Counted from the stretch's first letter, positions 38,706-51,012 are shown. The stretch is DNA of 61,591 nucleotides from Pseudomonadota bacterium (GCA_023436745.1 JAEZHZ010000256.1:1-61591); one strand, 5' to 3'. Notes: generated from the sequence alone by a model not told the origin. A program made the numbers and translations.

Positions 38706-40613
38706 ATGAGGAGAGACCATCTCAACAGCCTGACCGGCGCGGTGGCCCTGGCGGCCATGCTCGCTGCTGCAGGCCCTGCGCTGGGAGCCGGCCAGGCACC
38801 CGCACTGGACGCACTGGTGGAAAGCGGCGATCTGCCACCGCTCGAGGAGCGACTGCCGGCCAACCCGCTGGTCGTCAAGGGCGACAGCATCGGCACCTAT
38901 GGCGGCACCTGGCGCATGGGCATGAACGGCGGCGGGGACAATGGCCTGATCGTCAAGACCGTCGCCTATGAAGGGCTGGTCCGCTACGACCACCAGTGGA
39001 AGGACGTCCTGCCCAACCTGGCTGAGAGCTGGGAAGTGAACGAGGACGCGACCGAATACACCTTCAAGCTGCGCGACGGGGTCAAGTGGTCGGACGGCAC
39101 CCCGTTCACCACCGAGGACATCGCCTTTGCGGTGGAGATGTACCAGGACCCGGAATACGCCGCGAACAGCTGGATCGACAGCGCCGCCAACCCGGTGAAG
39201 CTGGAGGTGGTCGACGAGACGACCTTCAAGTTCGGGTTCGATACCCCCAACGGCATGCTCATGGAAACGCTGGCGAGCACCGACGGGCTGCACATCACCT
39301 CGCTTCCCAAGCACTATTGCAGCCAGTTCCACCCCAGCTACAACGACAATGCCGACGCCGACGCGCAGGCGGCCGGGTTCGACGGCTGGGCCCTCTACCT
39401 GCAGGACCGCTGCGCCTGGGGCTGGGAGACCATCCGGTTCTCCAATGCCGACCTGCCGACCATCTATCCCTGGATCATCGAGACGCCGCTTTCAGCGAAC
39501 GTCCAGCGCGTCACCTGGGTACGCAATCCCTATTACTGGAAGGTCGACAGCGAGGGGAACCAGCTCCCCTATATCGACAGGCTGGACATGCGGGTCAGCC
39601 AGGGCGGCGTCGAGGAACTGACGCTCGCCGCGCTCAACGGCGAGATCGACTTCCAGGAACGCCACATCGCCACCAACATGAACAAGCCGCTGTTCTTCGA
39701 TGGGCAGGAGCAGGGTGACTACCACCTGGGCGAGATCATTCCTTCGGCCTCGAACACGCTGGCCCTGCAGCTCAATCTGAACCACCTCGACCCGATCAAG
39801 CGCGAACTGTTCAACAACAAGGACTTCCGCATCGGGCTCTCCCACGCCATCGACCGGCAGGAGATCATCGACGTGGTGTTCACCGGTCAGGGCGAGCCCT
39901 TCCAGGTGGCCCCGCGCCCGGAATCGCAGTTCTACGACGAGGAACTCGCCAAGCAGTACACCGAGTTCGATCCGGACCTTGCCGTCCAGCACCTGGAAGC
40001 GGCCGGGCTGACCGAACTCAATGGCGACGGCATCCGCCTGATGAGCGACGGCAACCCGCTCACCATCACCGCCGACATGATCACGGCACTGCGCCCCGAA
40101 TGGGTCGACATGCTGGAGATCCTGCAACTGCAGCTCGCAGCCGTGGGCGTCGACCTTCAGATCAACAGCATCGACCGCACCCTGTTCTACGAGAAGCGCC
40201 CCTCCGGCGAGTACGACGCCCAGGTGTGGGCGGGCGACGGCGGCATCGAGGCGCTGCAGGACCCCCGCTACTACATGCCCTTCAGCGATGAATCGGTCTG
40301 GGCCTATCGCTGGGCGCACTGGTTCAACGGCACCCGCCCCGACATCGCCGAGGAGCCCGCGGACTGGGCCAAGCAGCAGATGGATCTCTACCGTCAGGTT
40401 CGCGCCTCGGGAGATCCGGAGCAGCGCGCCGAACTGTTCCGCCAGATCCTCGACATCACCAAGGAACAGTTTCCCGTGATCGGGGTGAGCCTGGCACCCA
40501 ACAGCTACTCCATCGTCAGGAACAACCTCCGCAACGTGCCGGAGAGCATGTTCAACGCCTGGCTGTTCCCCACCCCGGCGCCGATGGATCCCGTGGTCTG
40601 GTACTTCGAATAG
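38706..40613 (+). CDS. Opp/Dpp-type (family 5) ABC substrate-binding protein, oligosaccharide-type
   Basis: Signal peptide; LPPLEERLPANP, GTYGGT, PNLAESWE, KWSDGTPFT, RNPYYWKVDSEGNQLPYID. Confidence 0.9.
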   Translation: MRRDHLNSLTGAVALAAMLAAAGPALGAGQAPALDALVESGDLPPLEERLPANPLVVKGDSIGTYGGTWRMGMNGGGDNGLIVKTVAYEGLVRYDHQWKDVLPNLAESWEVNEDATEYTFKLRDGVKWSDGTPFTTEDIAFAVEMYQDPEYAANSWIDSAANPVKLEVVDETTFKFGFDTPNGMLMETLASTDGLHITSLPKHYCSQFHPSYNDNADADAQAAGFDGWALYLQDRCAWGWETIRFSNADLPTIYPWIIETPLSANVQRVTWVRNPYYWKVDSEGNQLPYIDRLDMRVSQGGVEELTLAALNGEIDFQERHIATNMNKPLFFDGQEQGDYHLGEIIPSASNTLALQLNLNHLDPIKRELFNNKDFRIGLSHAIDRQEIIDVVFTGQGEPFQVAPRPESQFYDEELAKQYTEFDPDLAVQHLEAAGLTELNGDGIRLMSDGNPLTITADMITALRPEWVDMLEILQLQLAAVGVDLQINSIDRTLFYEKRPSGEYDAQVWAGDGGIEALQDPRYYMPFSDESVWAYRWAHWFNGTRPDIAEEPADWAKQQMDLYRQVRASGDPEQRAELFRQILDITKEQFPVIGVSLAPNSYSIVRNNLRNVPESMFNAWLFPTPAPMDPVVWYFE

Positions 40614-40638
40614 CGGGGCGACCTCCCACCCGCTCACT

Positions 40639-40667
40639 TCCCCCGCGGTCTGCACGGCCGCGGGGGA
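40639..40667 (+). terminator. Stem-loop after the substrate-binding protein gene (mRNA stabiliser or attenuator)
   Basis: TCCCCCGCGGTC...GGCCGCGGGGGA inverted repeat, no U-tract. Confidence 0.5.
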
Positions 40668-40694
40668 CTCTCCGAACCCTGAACAGGTTGTGCC

Positions 40695-41684
40695 ATGATC
40701 GGCTTCATCATCCGGCGCCTGATCGCCATGCTGCTGACGCTGGTGGCGGTCTCGATCGTCGCCTTCGCGATCATCCAGCTGCCGCCGGGCGACTATCTCT
40801 CCAGCTACCTCGCGCAGCTCTCCTCGACGGGCGACCAGGTGGACCCGCGGGTGATCGAGAACCTACGCCGCCAGTACGGACTGGATGAGCCGTTCTACGT
40901 ACAGTACTGGAAGTGGATCACCGGCATCCTGCAGGGCAATTTCGGCCACAGCTTCGAGTGGAAGCGGCCGGTGACCGAACTGATCTGGGGCCGGCTCGGC
41001 AACTCCATCCTGGTCGAGGGCATGGCCGTGATCGCCATGTGGCTGATCGCGCTGCCCATCGGCATCTATGCCGCCGTCCGCAAGTATTCGCTCGGCGACT
41101 ACCTCGCCACCATCGGCGGCTTCATCGGCCTCGCCATTCCCAACTTCCTGTTCGCGCTGATCCTGATGTACCTGGCGTTCACCTGGTTCGGCACGACGCT
41201 GAGCGGGCTCTACTCCCCCGAGTTCGAGAACGCCCGCTGGAGCCTGCCCCGCATCTGGGATTTCCTGACCCACGCCTGGGCGCCGGTGCTGGTGCTGGCG
41301 ACGGCGGGCACGGCCGAACTCATCCGCATTCTCAGGGCCAACCTGCTCGACGAGCTGAAGAAGCCCTATGTGACCACCGCCCGCTCCAAGGGCCTGCCCG
41401 AGCGGCGGGTGATCCTCAAATACCCGGTGCGGCTGGCGCTCAACCCGCTGGTGTCGACCATCGGCTGGCTGCTGCCGGCACTGGTCTCGGGTTCGGTGAT
41501 TGTCTCGGTGGTGATGAACCTGCCGACCGCCGGCCCGATGCTGCTGCGCTCGCTGACCACGCAGGACATGTACCTGGCCGGGGCGATCATCCTGTTGCTC
41601 AGCGTGCTGACGGTGATCGGCACCGTGGTGTCGGACATCCTGCTCGCCCTGCTCGATCCGCGCATTCGCTACGGGAGCAAGTGA
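40695..41684 (+). CDS. ABC transporter permease (OppB-like)
   Basis: IIQLPPGDY, RANLLDELKKPYVTTARSKGL, DPRIRY. Confidence 0.92.
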   Translation: MIGFIIRRLIAMLLTLVAVSIVAFAIIQLPPGDYLSSYLAQLSSTGDQVDPRVIENLRRQYGLDEPFYVQYWKWITGILQGNFGHSFEWKRPVTELIWGRLGNSILVEGMAVIAMWLIALPIGIYAAVRKYSLGDYLATIGGFIGLAIPNFLFALILMYLAFTWFGTTLSGLYSPEFENARWSLPRIWDFLTHAWAPVLVLATAGTAELIRILRANLLDELKKPYVTTARSKGLPERRVILKYPVRLALNPLVSTIGWLLPALVSGSVIVSVVMNLPTAGPMLLRSLTTQDMYLAGAIILLLSVLTVIGTVVSDILLALLDPRIRYGSK

Positions 41685-42820
41685 TGGCACTCGACAGCGT
41701 TCAAACCTCCATCGTTCCGGTGCCGGCAAGGCGCCATCGCGAGACCCAGTTCGGCCTGTTGTGGCGCCGTTTCCGGCGGCACAGGCTGGCGCTGGTGAGC
41801 CTGTGGGTGGTGGTGGCGTTCTACCTCGTCGCGCTCATCGCCGACTTCCTCGCGCCGGCCGATCCAGCCGCCTACAGCGCCCGCTACACCTATGCGCCGC
41901 CACAGGGGCTGCACTTCTTCGACCAGAACGAGGATGGCAGCTGGCATTTCGGCCCCTTCGTCTATGGCTACAAGACCGAGATCGACCCGGTGGCGCTGAG
42001 GCGCACCTTCGTCATCGACGAGAGCGTGCGGCTGCCGGTGCGGTTCCTCGCACCGTCCGATCCCTACCTGCTGGCGGGGGTGATCCCGATGTCGGTCAAG
42101 CTGATCGGACCGGAGAACCCGCGCGACCCGTTCTACATCCTCGGGGCCGACAGGCTGGGCCGCGACATGCTGAGCCGGCTGATCCACGGCACCCGCATCT
42201 CGCTTTCGATCGGGCTCGCCGGGGTGACGCTGAGCCTTGTCTTCGGCGTGATCATCGGCGGCTTCGCAGGGTTCTACGGCGGGTGGCTCGATGGCGCCGT
42301 CATGCGCGTGATCGAGTTCATCCGCTCTATGCCGACCATCCCGCTGTGGCTCGGGCTCGCCGCGGCGCTGCCCAAGGACTGGAGCGCGCTGCAGACCTAT
42401 TTCGCCATCACCATCATCCTCTCGCTGATCGGCTGGACGGAGCTGGCGCGCGTGGTGCGGGGGCGTTTCCTCAGCCTCAGGACCGAGGACTTCGTCACCG
42501 CCGCACAGCTCGACGGCGCCAGCGACTGGCGCATCATCACCCGCCACATGGTGCCGAGCTTCACCAGCCACATCATCGCCGCGGCGACGCTCGCCATTCC
42601 CGGCATGATCCTCGCCGAGACGGCGCTGAGCTTCCTCGGGCTCGGCCTGCAGGCGCCGATCGTCAGCTGGGGCACGCTGCTGCAGGACGCCCAGAACATC
42701 CGCACCCTCGCCACCGCGCCCTGGCTGCTCGCGCCAGGGGTATGCGTGGTGGTGGTGATCCTTGCCCTCAACTTCTTCGGAGACGGCCTTCGTGATGCCG
42801 CTGACCCCCATGGCCGCTGA
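41684..42820 (+). CDS. ABC transporter permease (OppC-like)
   Basis: TGATG coupling; LGADRLGRDMLSRL, ETALSFLGLG, GDGLRDAADP. Confidence 0.92.
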   Translation: MALDSVQTSIVPVPARRHRETQFGLLWRRFRRHRLALVSLWVVVAFYLVALIADFLAPADPAAYSARYTYAPPQGLHFFDQNEDGSWHFGPFVYGYKTEIDPVALRRTFVIDESVRLPVRFLAPSDPYLLAGVIPMSVKLIGPENPRDPFYILGADRLGRDMLSRLIHGTRISLSIGLAGVTLSLVFGVIIGGFAGFYGGWLDGAVMRVIEFIRSMPTIPLWLGLAAALPKDWSALQTYFAITIILSLIGWTELARVVRGRFLSLRTEDFVTAAQLDGASDWRIITRHMVPSFTSHIIAAATLAIPGMILAETALSFLGLGLQAPIVSWGTLLQDAQNIRTLATAPWLLAPGVCVVVVILALNFFGDGLRDAADPHGR

Positions 42821-43825
42821 ACCGCTGCTCGCCATCAACGACATGTCGATCGTGTTCACCTCGCCCGACGAGGCGGACGTGGAGGCGGTGCGGCAGGTGG
42901 ACCTGACGCTCACCCCGGGAAAGACGCTGGCGCTGGTGGGCGAAAGCGGGTGCGGCAAATCGGTGACGGCCCGCGCCGTGCTGCGCCTGCTCGACAGCAA
43001 TGCCCGTATTCCGAGCGGCACCATCCGCTTCGAGGCGGACAGCGGCCCCGTCGACATCGCCCGCCTCAGGCCCGACAGCCTGGCCCTCCGGGCGATCCGC
43101 GGGGCGCAGATCTCGATGATCTTCCAGGAGCCGATGAGTTCGCTGTCGCCGGTCCACACCATCGGCGACCAGATCGACGAGATCATCATCCTCCATGAGC
43201 GTGTGCCGCAGAAGCAGGCGCGCGAGCGCACGGTCGCCCTGCTCGACCAGGTGGGCGTGCCGGGGGCGCGCGATCGTGCCAACGCGTATCCCTTCGAGCT
43301 CTCGGGCGGGCTGCGGCAGCGGGCGATGATCGCCATGGCGCTGGCCTGTACGCCGAAGCTGCTGATCGCCGACGAGCCGACCACCGCGCTCGACGTCACG
43401 ACCCAGGCGCAGATCCTCGACCTCCTGCGCCAGCTGCAGGCCGACTTCGGCATGGCCATGCTGTTCATCACCCACGATCTGGGCGTGGTGGCCGAGATCG
43501 CCGACGAGATCGCCGTGATGTATCTGGGCGACGTGGTCGAGCAGGGCGACGTGTTCGAGGTGTTCCGGGCGCCCCGGCACCCCTACACGCAGGCGCTGAT
43601 GAACTCGGTGCCGCGGCTGCAGCGCAAGGCGGACCGGCAGCGGCTGTCGCCGATCAAGGGTACGGTGCCCTCCCCCAAGGATCGGCCGGCGGGCTGTGCC
43701 TTCACCAGCCGCTGCCCCCACGCCTTCGCGCCCTGCCCCACCATTCGGCCCGAACCGACAGCAGTAGGCGGCGGGCACGTGGCGCGCTGCCACCTGCTGA
43801 CCCACGCGCGCGCGGAGGCAGTGGC

Positions 43826-43829
<4 letters not shown>
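42810..43829 (+). CDS. ABC transporter ATP-binding protein (OppD-like)
   Basis: [25 protein letters not shown]-terminal GCAFTSRC. Confidence 0.92.
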
Positions 43830-44859
<1,030 letters not shown>

Positions 44860-44860
<1 letters not shown>

Positions 44861-46713
44861 TGATCTACGACCCCGTTAGCGCCAACCCGCTCTCCGGCAA
44901 CCCGCTTGAGACCCGTGCCGACGTGGAGCGGGCCCTGCGTGACCTGTTCCTGCCGCTGCTGCCCTATTTCTCCGACGGGGGCGCCCGCGTCAGGCTCGAT
45001 GGCGCCGCGGCGCATTTTGACCGCGCGGCAGCGGATCTCGAGGGCTTTGCCCGTCCCCTCTGGGGCCTGACTCCTCTGGCCGCTGGCGGCGGCGGCTTCG
45101 ATCATTGGGAACTCTACCGGCGAGGCCTTGCCAACGGCACCGACCCCGGGCACCCCGAATACTGGGGCGCCGTCAACGGCACCGACCAGCGCCAGGTGGA
45201 ACTCGCCGCCATCGGTTTCACCATGAAGATGCTTCCGCACCTCGTCTGGGAGCCGCTGCCGCAACAGGCCAAGGACAACCTTGCCGCCTACCTGCTGGAG
45301 GCGCGCCAGCACGACTATGCCGACAACAACTGGAAGTTCTTCCGCATCCTGGTGGACCTGGGGCTCGAGGAATGCGGCGTCGCCTTCGACCGCACGCTGA
45401 CCGATGCGTATCTGGAGGAACTGGACGGCTTCTATCTCGGGGACGGCTGGTACCGGGATGGCGATATCCGCCGCATAGACCACTACATCCCATTCGCGAT
45501 GCACTTCTACGGGCTGATCTATGCCCGCCTCGCACCCGGCAACGCCCAGCGTGCCACGGACTACAGGGAGCGCGCGCGGCTCTTTGCGGAGGATATCCAG
45601 CACTGGTTCGACGAGGATGGCGGAACGCTCGCCTTCGGCCGTTCGCTTACCTATCGCTTCGCCTGCGCCGGTTTCTGGGGAGCACTGGCCTTTGCCGATG
45701 TCGAGGCGCTGCCATGGGGCGTGGTCAAGGGGCATTTCCTGCGCCACCTGAGATGGTGGAGCAGACTGCCGATCGCCCACGGCAACGGGGTTCTGTCCAT
45801 CGGCTATGGCTACCCCAACCTGTTCATGTCGGAGAGCTACAATTCGGCCGGCTCGCCTTACTGGGCGCTGAAGGCCTTCCTGCCGCTGGCGCTTCCCGCA
45901 GACCACCCGTTCTGGCAGGCCGAGGAAGTGCCGGCAGGGTTCGACAGCGAGCCGGTGCCGCTGAGGCACCCCGGCATGGTCATACAGCACACTCCCGGCA
46001 ACGTGGTGGCGCTGTCGAGCGGCCAGCAGAACTGGCAGATGCGCCAAGGCGCGGAGAAATACGCCAAGTTCGCCTATTCCTCCCGCTACGCCTTCTCGGT
46101 CGAAGCCGACGAGCGCGCCTACGAGGCAGGCGCCTTCGACGGTGCGCTGGCCCTCAGCGACGACGGGCGGCACTATCGTGTGCGCGAAACCAACGAGGTG
46201 GCGCAGATCGCGGGGACGACCCTGCGCGCGGTGTGGAAACCCTGGAACGACGTCACCATCGAGACCTGGCTGCTGCCGGCGAACCCCTGGCACGTACGGG
46301 TGCATCGCATCACGACGCCTCGCCCGCTCCACGCAACCGAGGGCGGCTTCGCCATTGCGAGGGCCGATTTCAACGCCGACACGCGGATCGAGGAGACCGG
46401 CCGCGCCATGGCCAGCAGCAGCACCGACCTCAGTGTCATCCTCGATCTTGCCGGCGGGCGCCAAGGTCGCGCCCAGCGGGCCCTGCCCAACACCAACCTG
46501 GTGGTGGCCAAGACCATTGTGCCGCAACTACGCGGAGCGCTCGCGGCGGGCACCACCGTGCTTATAACGGCCGCGATGGCATTGCCCGCGGGCGCCGACG
46601 CAGAGACTGCATTGTCGAACCCGCCCCCTATCCCGAGCATTGCCGATCTCGAGGCGCTGTTTGCCCGCGAGGGCGTCGATGTCAGCGCCATCCTGGTGCC
46701 GGAGCGGTTCTGA
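44860..46713 (+). CDS. DUF2264-family protein
   Basis: TGATG coupling; LEGFARPLWGL, DQRQVELA, NNWKFF, GWYRDG, FGRSLTYRFA, YNSAGSPYWALK. Confidence 0.85.
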
Positions 46714-47720
46714 TGCGACCCAAGCTGGCTTTTGCGATGAACCCCGGGAAGACCCGGCACGTGTTCGACCATGCCCTGATCGGACGGTTGGAGCGGGTCT
46801 GCGATGTGCTGTCCACCGACCCCATCGAGGACTTTGCGACCACCAGCGCCCGCGGGACCCTGGCCGTGACCGAAGTGCTGGTGACCGGCTGGGGCTGCCC
46901 GCTGATCGGACCCGATGCGCTGCGCTCGGCCCCGCGGCTGCGCCTGATCGCCCATGCCGCCGGGACCGTGAAGTTCACCGTCGATCCATCGGCCTATGCG
47001 AGGGGCATCCGGGTGACGCACGCTGCCGAGGCCAATGCCATCCCGGTGGCGGAGTACACGCTGGCCGCCATCCTCTTCGCCAACAAGCGGGCCTTCGAAT
47101 TCCGCGACCTCTACCGCGCCGATCACGGCCGGCGCTCGAGCCATGCCCTGATGGACCAGCCGATCGGCAACTTCCAGCGCACGGTGGGGCTGGTCGGCGC
47201 GTCCCGCATCGGCCGCCGCGTTGCCGCCCTTCTGGCCGGCTTCGACGTCTCGGTGCTCCTCTACGACCCGTTCGTGCAGCCGGGCGATCCCATCACCGCA
47301 ATGGCCGAACTCGTCGACCTCGACACGCTGATGAGCCGCTCCGACGTGGTGTCGCTGCACGCGCCGTCCCTGCCGACCAATGGCGGCATGATCGGTGCGC
47401 GCCAGTTCAGGCTGATGGCGGACGGCGCAACCTTCATCAACACGGCCAGGGGAGCCCTGGTGGACGAGGCAGCCCTGCTCGCAGAGCTCGAAACCGGGCG
47501 CATCCATGCGGTGATCGACGTGACCGATCCCGAGATCCCCCCGCCGAACTCGCTCTTCTACACCCTGCCCAACGTCTTCCTGACCCCGCACATCGCCGGC
47601 GCCATCGGCACCGAACGCACCCGCCTCGGACTGATGGCCGTAGAGGAAGTGGAGCGCTTCGTGCGCGGGGAGAAGCTGCTCTATGAGATCGAGCCCGAAC
47701 TGCTGGAGCGGCTGGCCTAG
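46713..47720 (+). CDS. D-isomer-specific 2-hydroxyacid dehydrogenase
   Basis: TGWGCP, HAAGTVK, GLVGASRIG, FINTARGALVDE, LTPHIAG. Confidence 0.9.
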   Translation: MRPKLAFAMNPGKTRHVFDHALIGRLERVCDVLSTDPIEDFATTSARGTLAVTEVLVTGWGCPLIGPDALRSAPRLRLIAHAAGTVKFTVDPSAYARGIRVTHAAEANAIPVAEYTLAAILFANKRAFEFRDLYRADHGRRSSHALMDQPIGNFQRTVGLVGASRIGRRVAALLAGFDVSVLLYDPFVQPGDPITAMAELVDLDTLMSRSDVVSLHAPSLPTNGGMIGARQFRLMADGATFINTARGALVDEAALLAELETGRIHAVIDVTDPEIPPPNSLFYTLPNVFLTPHIAGAIGTERTRLGLMAVEEVERFVRGEKLLYEIEPELLERLA

Positions 47721-47725
47721 TGAGC

Positions 47726-49393
47726 ATGAGCACTTCCGACCCCGATCCGGACCACCCGGCGTCTCATCCGGATGGAGGGGGTACAGAGGACTACCGCCGG
47801 CAGCGCCTGCAGTTCCTCACCTGGGATCGCACGGCCGAGGACATCGTTAGCCCGGATCATCAGGCGCGCGTGGAGAACCTGCGCATCCATGCAGGAGCGA
47901 TCATCGACCCCACCGCCTATATTGCGGCGGAGGCGGCGATCTTCACGACCCGGCTGGCGCTGGGGGAACAGAGCTGGATCGCGGGGCACGCGCTGGTGCG
48001 CGGCGATGTCAGCTTCGGGGCACACTGCACGGTCAACCCCTATGCGATGATCTCCGGAACAGTGCGCTGCGGCGATGGCGTGCGGATCGCCAGCCACGTC
48101 TCGCTGGTCGGTTTCAACCATGGCTTCGATGATCCGGACACGCCCATCTACCGGCAGGCGCATCAGAGCCGCGGCATCGTCATCGAGGATGATGTCTGGA
48201 TCGGCGCCAACGCCGTCGTCGTGGACGGGGTGACGGTCGGGCGCGGAGCCGTAATCGCCGCCGGCGCCGTGGTCAGCCGGGACGTGCCGCCCATGGCCAT
48301 TGTCGGCGGCGTGCCGGCGCAGGTACTCCGCTTCCGCGGCGGGGCCCGGCGTGACAGGGCGGCAGAACAGCTCAGGTCCCTAGGCGAGCGCGCCTCGGCG
48401 CAGTGGCAGGATGTCCTTGCCCTCAACCGCCTCGACGGCCAGTACCTCTCGCGAGAGGCTTCCGGCGATGCGCGGATGAGCATCCGCCATCTCTGCGATG
48501 CGATCGAGATCGCCGCCGGTTTCGGCGGCGTACCGGCGGGCCTCGACCGCACGGCCATTGTCGAGCGGCTGCAATCGGCCCAGGACCCCGACAGCGGCCT
48601 CTTCCCCGATCCATACCAGGCGCCCGTGCCTGGGATGCCGCTGCGGGAAGACGGGCTGGCCCTCTACAACGTCCTCGCGGTCGGCTACGCGCTGGAAGTG
48701 CTCGGCAGCCGCCCCCTTCACCCCGTTTCGGCGGTTGAACTGCCTGCAACCGAGCTGTGCCAGTGGCTCGAAAGCCTTCCCTGGCGCAACCGGGCGTGGA
48801 GCGCGGGGGCCAATGTCGACACCATCGGCACAGCGCTCTACTTCAACGCCCGCTATTTCGCGACCGGCCGTGCCCGCGAGGTCCTGTTCGGCTGGCTCGC
48901 CCTCAATCAGGATCGCGCCAGCGGGCTGTGGGGTGCCCCGACGCCGGAGGAAGGCCTGCTGCGGCCGGTCAACGGCTTCTACCGCCTGACGCGGGGCACC
49001 TATGCCCAGTTCGGCGTGGCGGTGCCGCGGCCGGAGGCGGCGATCGACTCCGTATTGCTCAACCACCGGAACCATGGCGGCTTCTCTGGTCCGAGCTACA
49101 CCGCCTGCAACCTGCTGGACACCATCCACCCGCTGCTCATCTGCCTGGCGCAGACCGACCACCGTCGCGCCGAGGCGGAGGAGATTGCCCACGCGGTGAT
49201 TGCGCGGGCGGGCGAACGCTGGATCGATGGGCAGGGCTTCGCATTTGCGGATGGGCAGACCCCCGGCCTGCAGGGGACCGAGATGTGGCTGTCGGTGATG
49301 CACCTCGCGGCAAGGCTGCTGGGGCTCGAGGCGGAGTTCGCCTTCGTGCCGAAGGGCGTCCACCGTACCGGAGCTGTGGGATTGGGGTTGTAA
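47726..49393 (+). CDS. Hexapeptide-repeat (LbH) acyltransferase fused to an uncharacterised helical C-terminal domain (alternative GTG start 47720)
   Basis: GIVIEDDVWIGANAVVVDGVTVGRGAVIAAGAVVSRDVPPMAIVGGVPA; about 350 extra residues containing QDPDSGLF and NQDRASGLWG. Confidence 0.8.
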   Translation: MSTSDPDPDHPASHPDGGGTEDYRRQRLQFLTWDRTAEDIVSPDHQARVENLRIHAGAIIDPTAYIAAEAAIFTTRLALGEQSWIAGHALVRGDVSFGAHCTVNPYAMISGTVRCGDGVRIASHVSLVGFNHGFDDPDTPIYRQAHQSRGIVIEDDVWIGANAVVVDGVTVGRGAVIAAGAVVSRDVPPMAIVGGVPAQVLRFRGGARRDRAAEQLRSLGERASAQWQDVLALNRLDGQYLSREASGDARMSIRHLCDAIEIAAGFGGVPAGLDRTAIVERLQSAQDPDSGLFPDPYQAPVPGMPLREDGLALYNVLAVGYALEVLGSRPLHPVSAVELPATELCQWLESLPWRNRAWSAGANVDTIGTALYFNARYFATGRAREVLFGWLALNQDRASGLWGAPTPEEGLLRPVNGFYRLTRGTYAQFGVAVPRPEAAIDSVLLNHRNHGGFSGPSYTACNLLDTIHPLLICLAQTDHRRAEAEEIAHAVIARAGERWIDGQGFAFADGQTPGLQGTEMWLSVMHLAARLLGLEAEFAFVPKGVHRTGAVGLGL

Positions 49394-49418
49394 GCGGCGT
49401 GACTGCGGCGGAGCGTGA

Positions 49419-50069
49419 ATGATGATCGCGAAGAAGGCCCTCGTCGTCTGGGGCGGCATGGAACTGCACACGCCCGAGCGCGGCGCGCAGGTGGTGCGGC
49501 AACTGCTCGAGGAAGAGGGCTTCGCCGTCACCGTCACGCCCGACTACGATGCCCTCGGCGCGGAGGACGTTGGCAGCAACGACCTCGTTGTCCCCGTGAT
49601 CACCGACGGCACGCTCGAGCCCGAAAAGATGGGCAGGCTTATTGCCGCTATCCGCGCCGGCACCGGCCTTGCCGGCTACCACATGGGGCTCGCCACGACC
49701 TTCCGCGCCAGTGTGCCGTTCCGCTATGCCGCCAGCGTCTACTGGGTGCAGCACCCCGGCGACATCATCACCTACCGCGTCGACGTCACCCGCCCCGAGC
49801 ACCCGATCATGGCCGGGATCGACAGCTTCGAGCACACATCAGAGCAGTACTATCTCAATTACGATCCGGCGGTGGAGGTGCTGGCGACCACCACCTTCTC
49901 CGGCGCGTTCCACCCCTGGAGGAAGGATGTGGTGATGCCGGTGGTGTTCACCACCACCCACGACCGGGGACGGGTGTTCTATTCCTCGCTGGGGCACACG
50001 GCCGACGAACTGGAGATCCCCCAGGTGCGCACCATCCTCAAACGCGGCCTGCTCTGGGCGACGCGCTAG
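49419..50069 (+). CDS. ThuA-like domain protein
   Basis: ALVVWGGMELHTP, GTGLAGYH, HPIMAGI, SEQYY, GRVFYSSLGH, RGLLWA. Confidence 0.87.
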   Translation: MMIAKKALVVWGGMELHTPERGAQVVRQLLEEEGFAVTVTPDYDALGAEDVGSNDLVVPVITDGTLEPEKMGRLIAAIRAGTGLAGYHMGLATTFRASVPFRYAASVYWVQHPGDIITYRVDVTRPEHPIMAGIDSFEHTSEQYYLNYDPAVEVLATTTFSGAFHPWRKDVVMPVVFTTTHDRGRVFYSSLGHTADELEIPQVRTILKRGLLWATR

Positions 50070-50785
50070 CCGTCGGCTCCCTCGCTCCGCCGGCGCAGCA
50101 CCTCGGATTCCGGCAGGGCATTGGCATAGCCCAGTTCCCGGTTGGCTCGGGCCCAGAACGCGGGGTGGACCACGTCGAGCCGCGACGGCGTCTCCGCAGT
50201 GAGGCCAAGCCCGGAAGCGAGAAGCGGCGCGAGGTAGAGCACGGTGTTCTGCCGGTACCACGCGGGGATGGTCTCGTCCGTCCAGATCGCCGGGCGGATG
50301 AGGTCGTAAGCGCCGTATCCATGGGAAGCGAACAGCCCGGCCCAGTAGCTTTGCCACTGCTCGTTGCGATGCCCGACACCGCCCTGCCCCGGGATCGCGG
50401 CGCTGAACAGCACTGCCGGCGCCATGGCGACGAGGTCGGCGACAAAGCCTGCTGCCCGCTCCGAGGACAAGTGCTCGGCGACTTCGAGCGAGATGACGAG
50501 ATCGGCAGCGATTCCCAGGATGGGGAGTTCGAGATCGTGCTGGAGAAAGCCGATCCGCACATCGTCCAGCATGTCGGGGGTGACCCAGTCTCCCTCTAGG
50601 CCGACCGCGGACCGCGCGCCACGATCCAGTGAAGCGGCCAGGAACGTGCCGGTGCCACAGCCGATATCGGCGACCCGCGCCATCGGCAGCCCGGGCGGTA
50701 GCGCCGCCAGGATGCGCCGGGCGGCCCCGGCGGTGTGTTCGCGCCGCCGGGCGTAGAAATCGGCGGGATAGAGACGTGTGCTCAC
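50066..50785 (-). CDS. Class I SAM-dependent methyltransferase
   Basis: GTG start with GGAGG RBS; DIGCGTG, DLVISLEVAEHL, FSAAIPGQGGVGHRNEQWQSYW. Confidence 0.85.
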   Translation of the reverse strand: MSTRLYPADFYARRREHTAGAARRILAALPPGLPMARVADIGCGTGTFLAASLDRGARSAVGLEGDWVTPDMLDDVRIGFLQHDLELPILGIAADLVISLEVAEHLSSERAAGFVADLVAMAPAVLFSAAIPGQGGVGHRNEQWQSYWAGLFASHGYGAYDLIRPAIWTDETIPAWYRQNTVLYLAPLLASGLGLTAETPSRLDVVHPAFWARANRELGYANALPESEVLRRRSEGADG

Positions 50786-51012
50786 CGGACAGCCCTCCTG
50801 TTCCCTGACTAGCATGCGGGCGTTTGTTCCGCGCCGGGCAAATGCGCAATCGCAGACTAGCCGCTCGCGGCGCGATGGCACGAAATGCCCGCGTTCCGAA
50901 GGGAAGAAAAACATCCGTCCAGACTGTTGAAACACCTGCCTTGCGGGCGCAGGTTTCGGGCGATTTCCGGCGCCGTGCTGCCGGCACCCGTCCGCAACTG
51001 GAGAACAAGAAG

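Noticed and set aside
50066..50785. Methyltransferase considered as part of the glycan locus or a restriction-modification system
   Set aside because: It is on the opposite strand with its own RBS, lacks DNA-MTase motifs (DPPY/NPPY/PC), and has no nuclease partner
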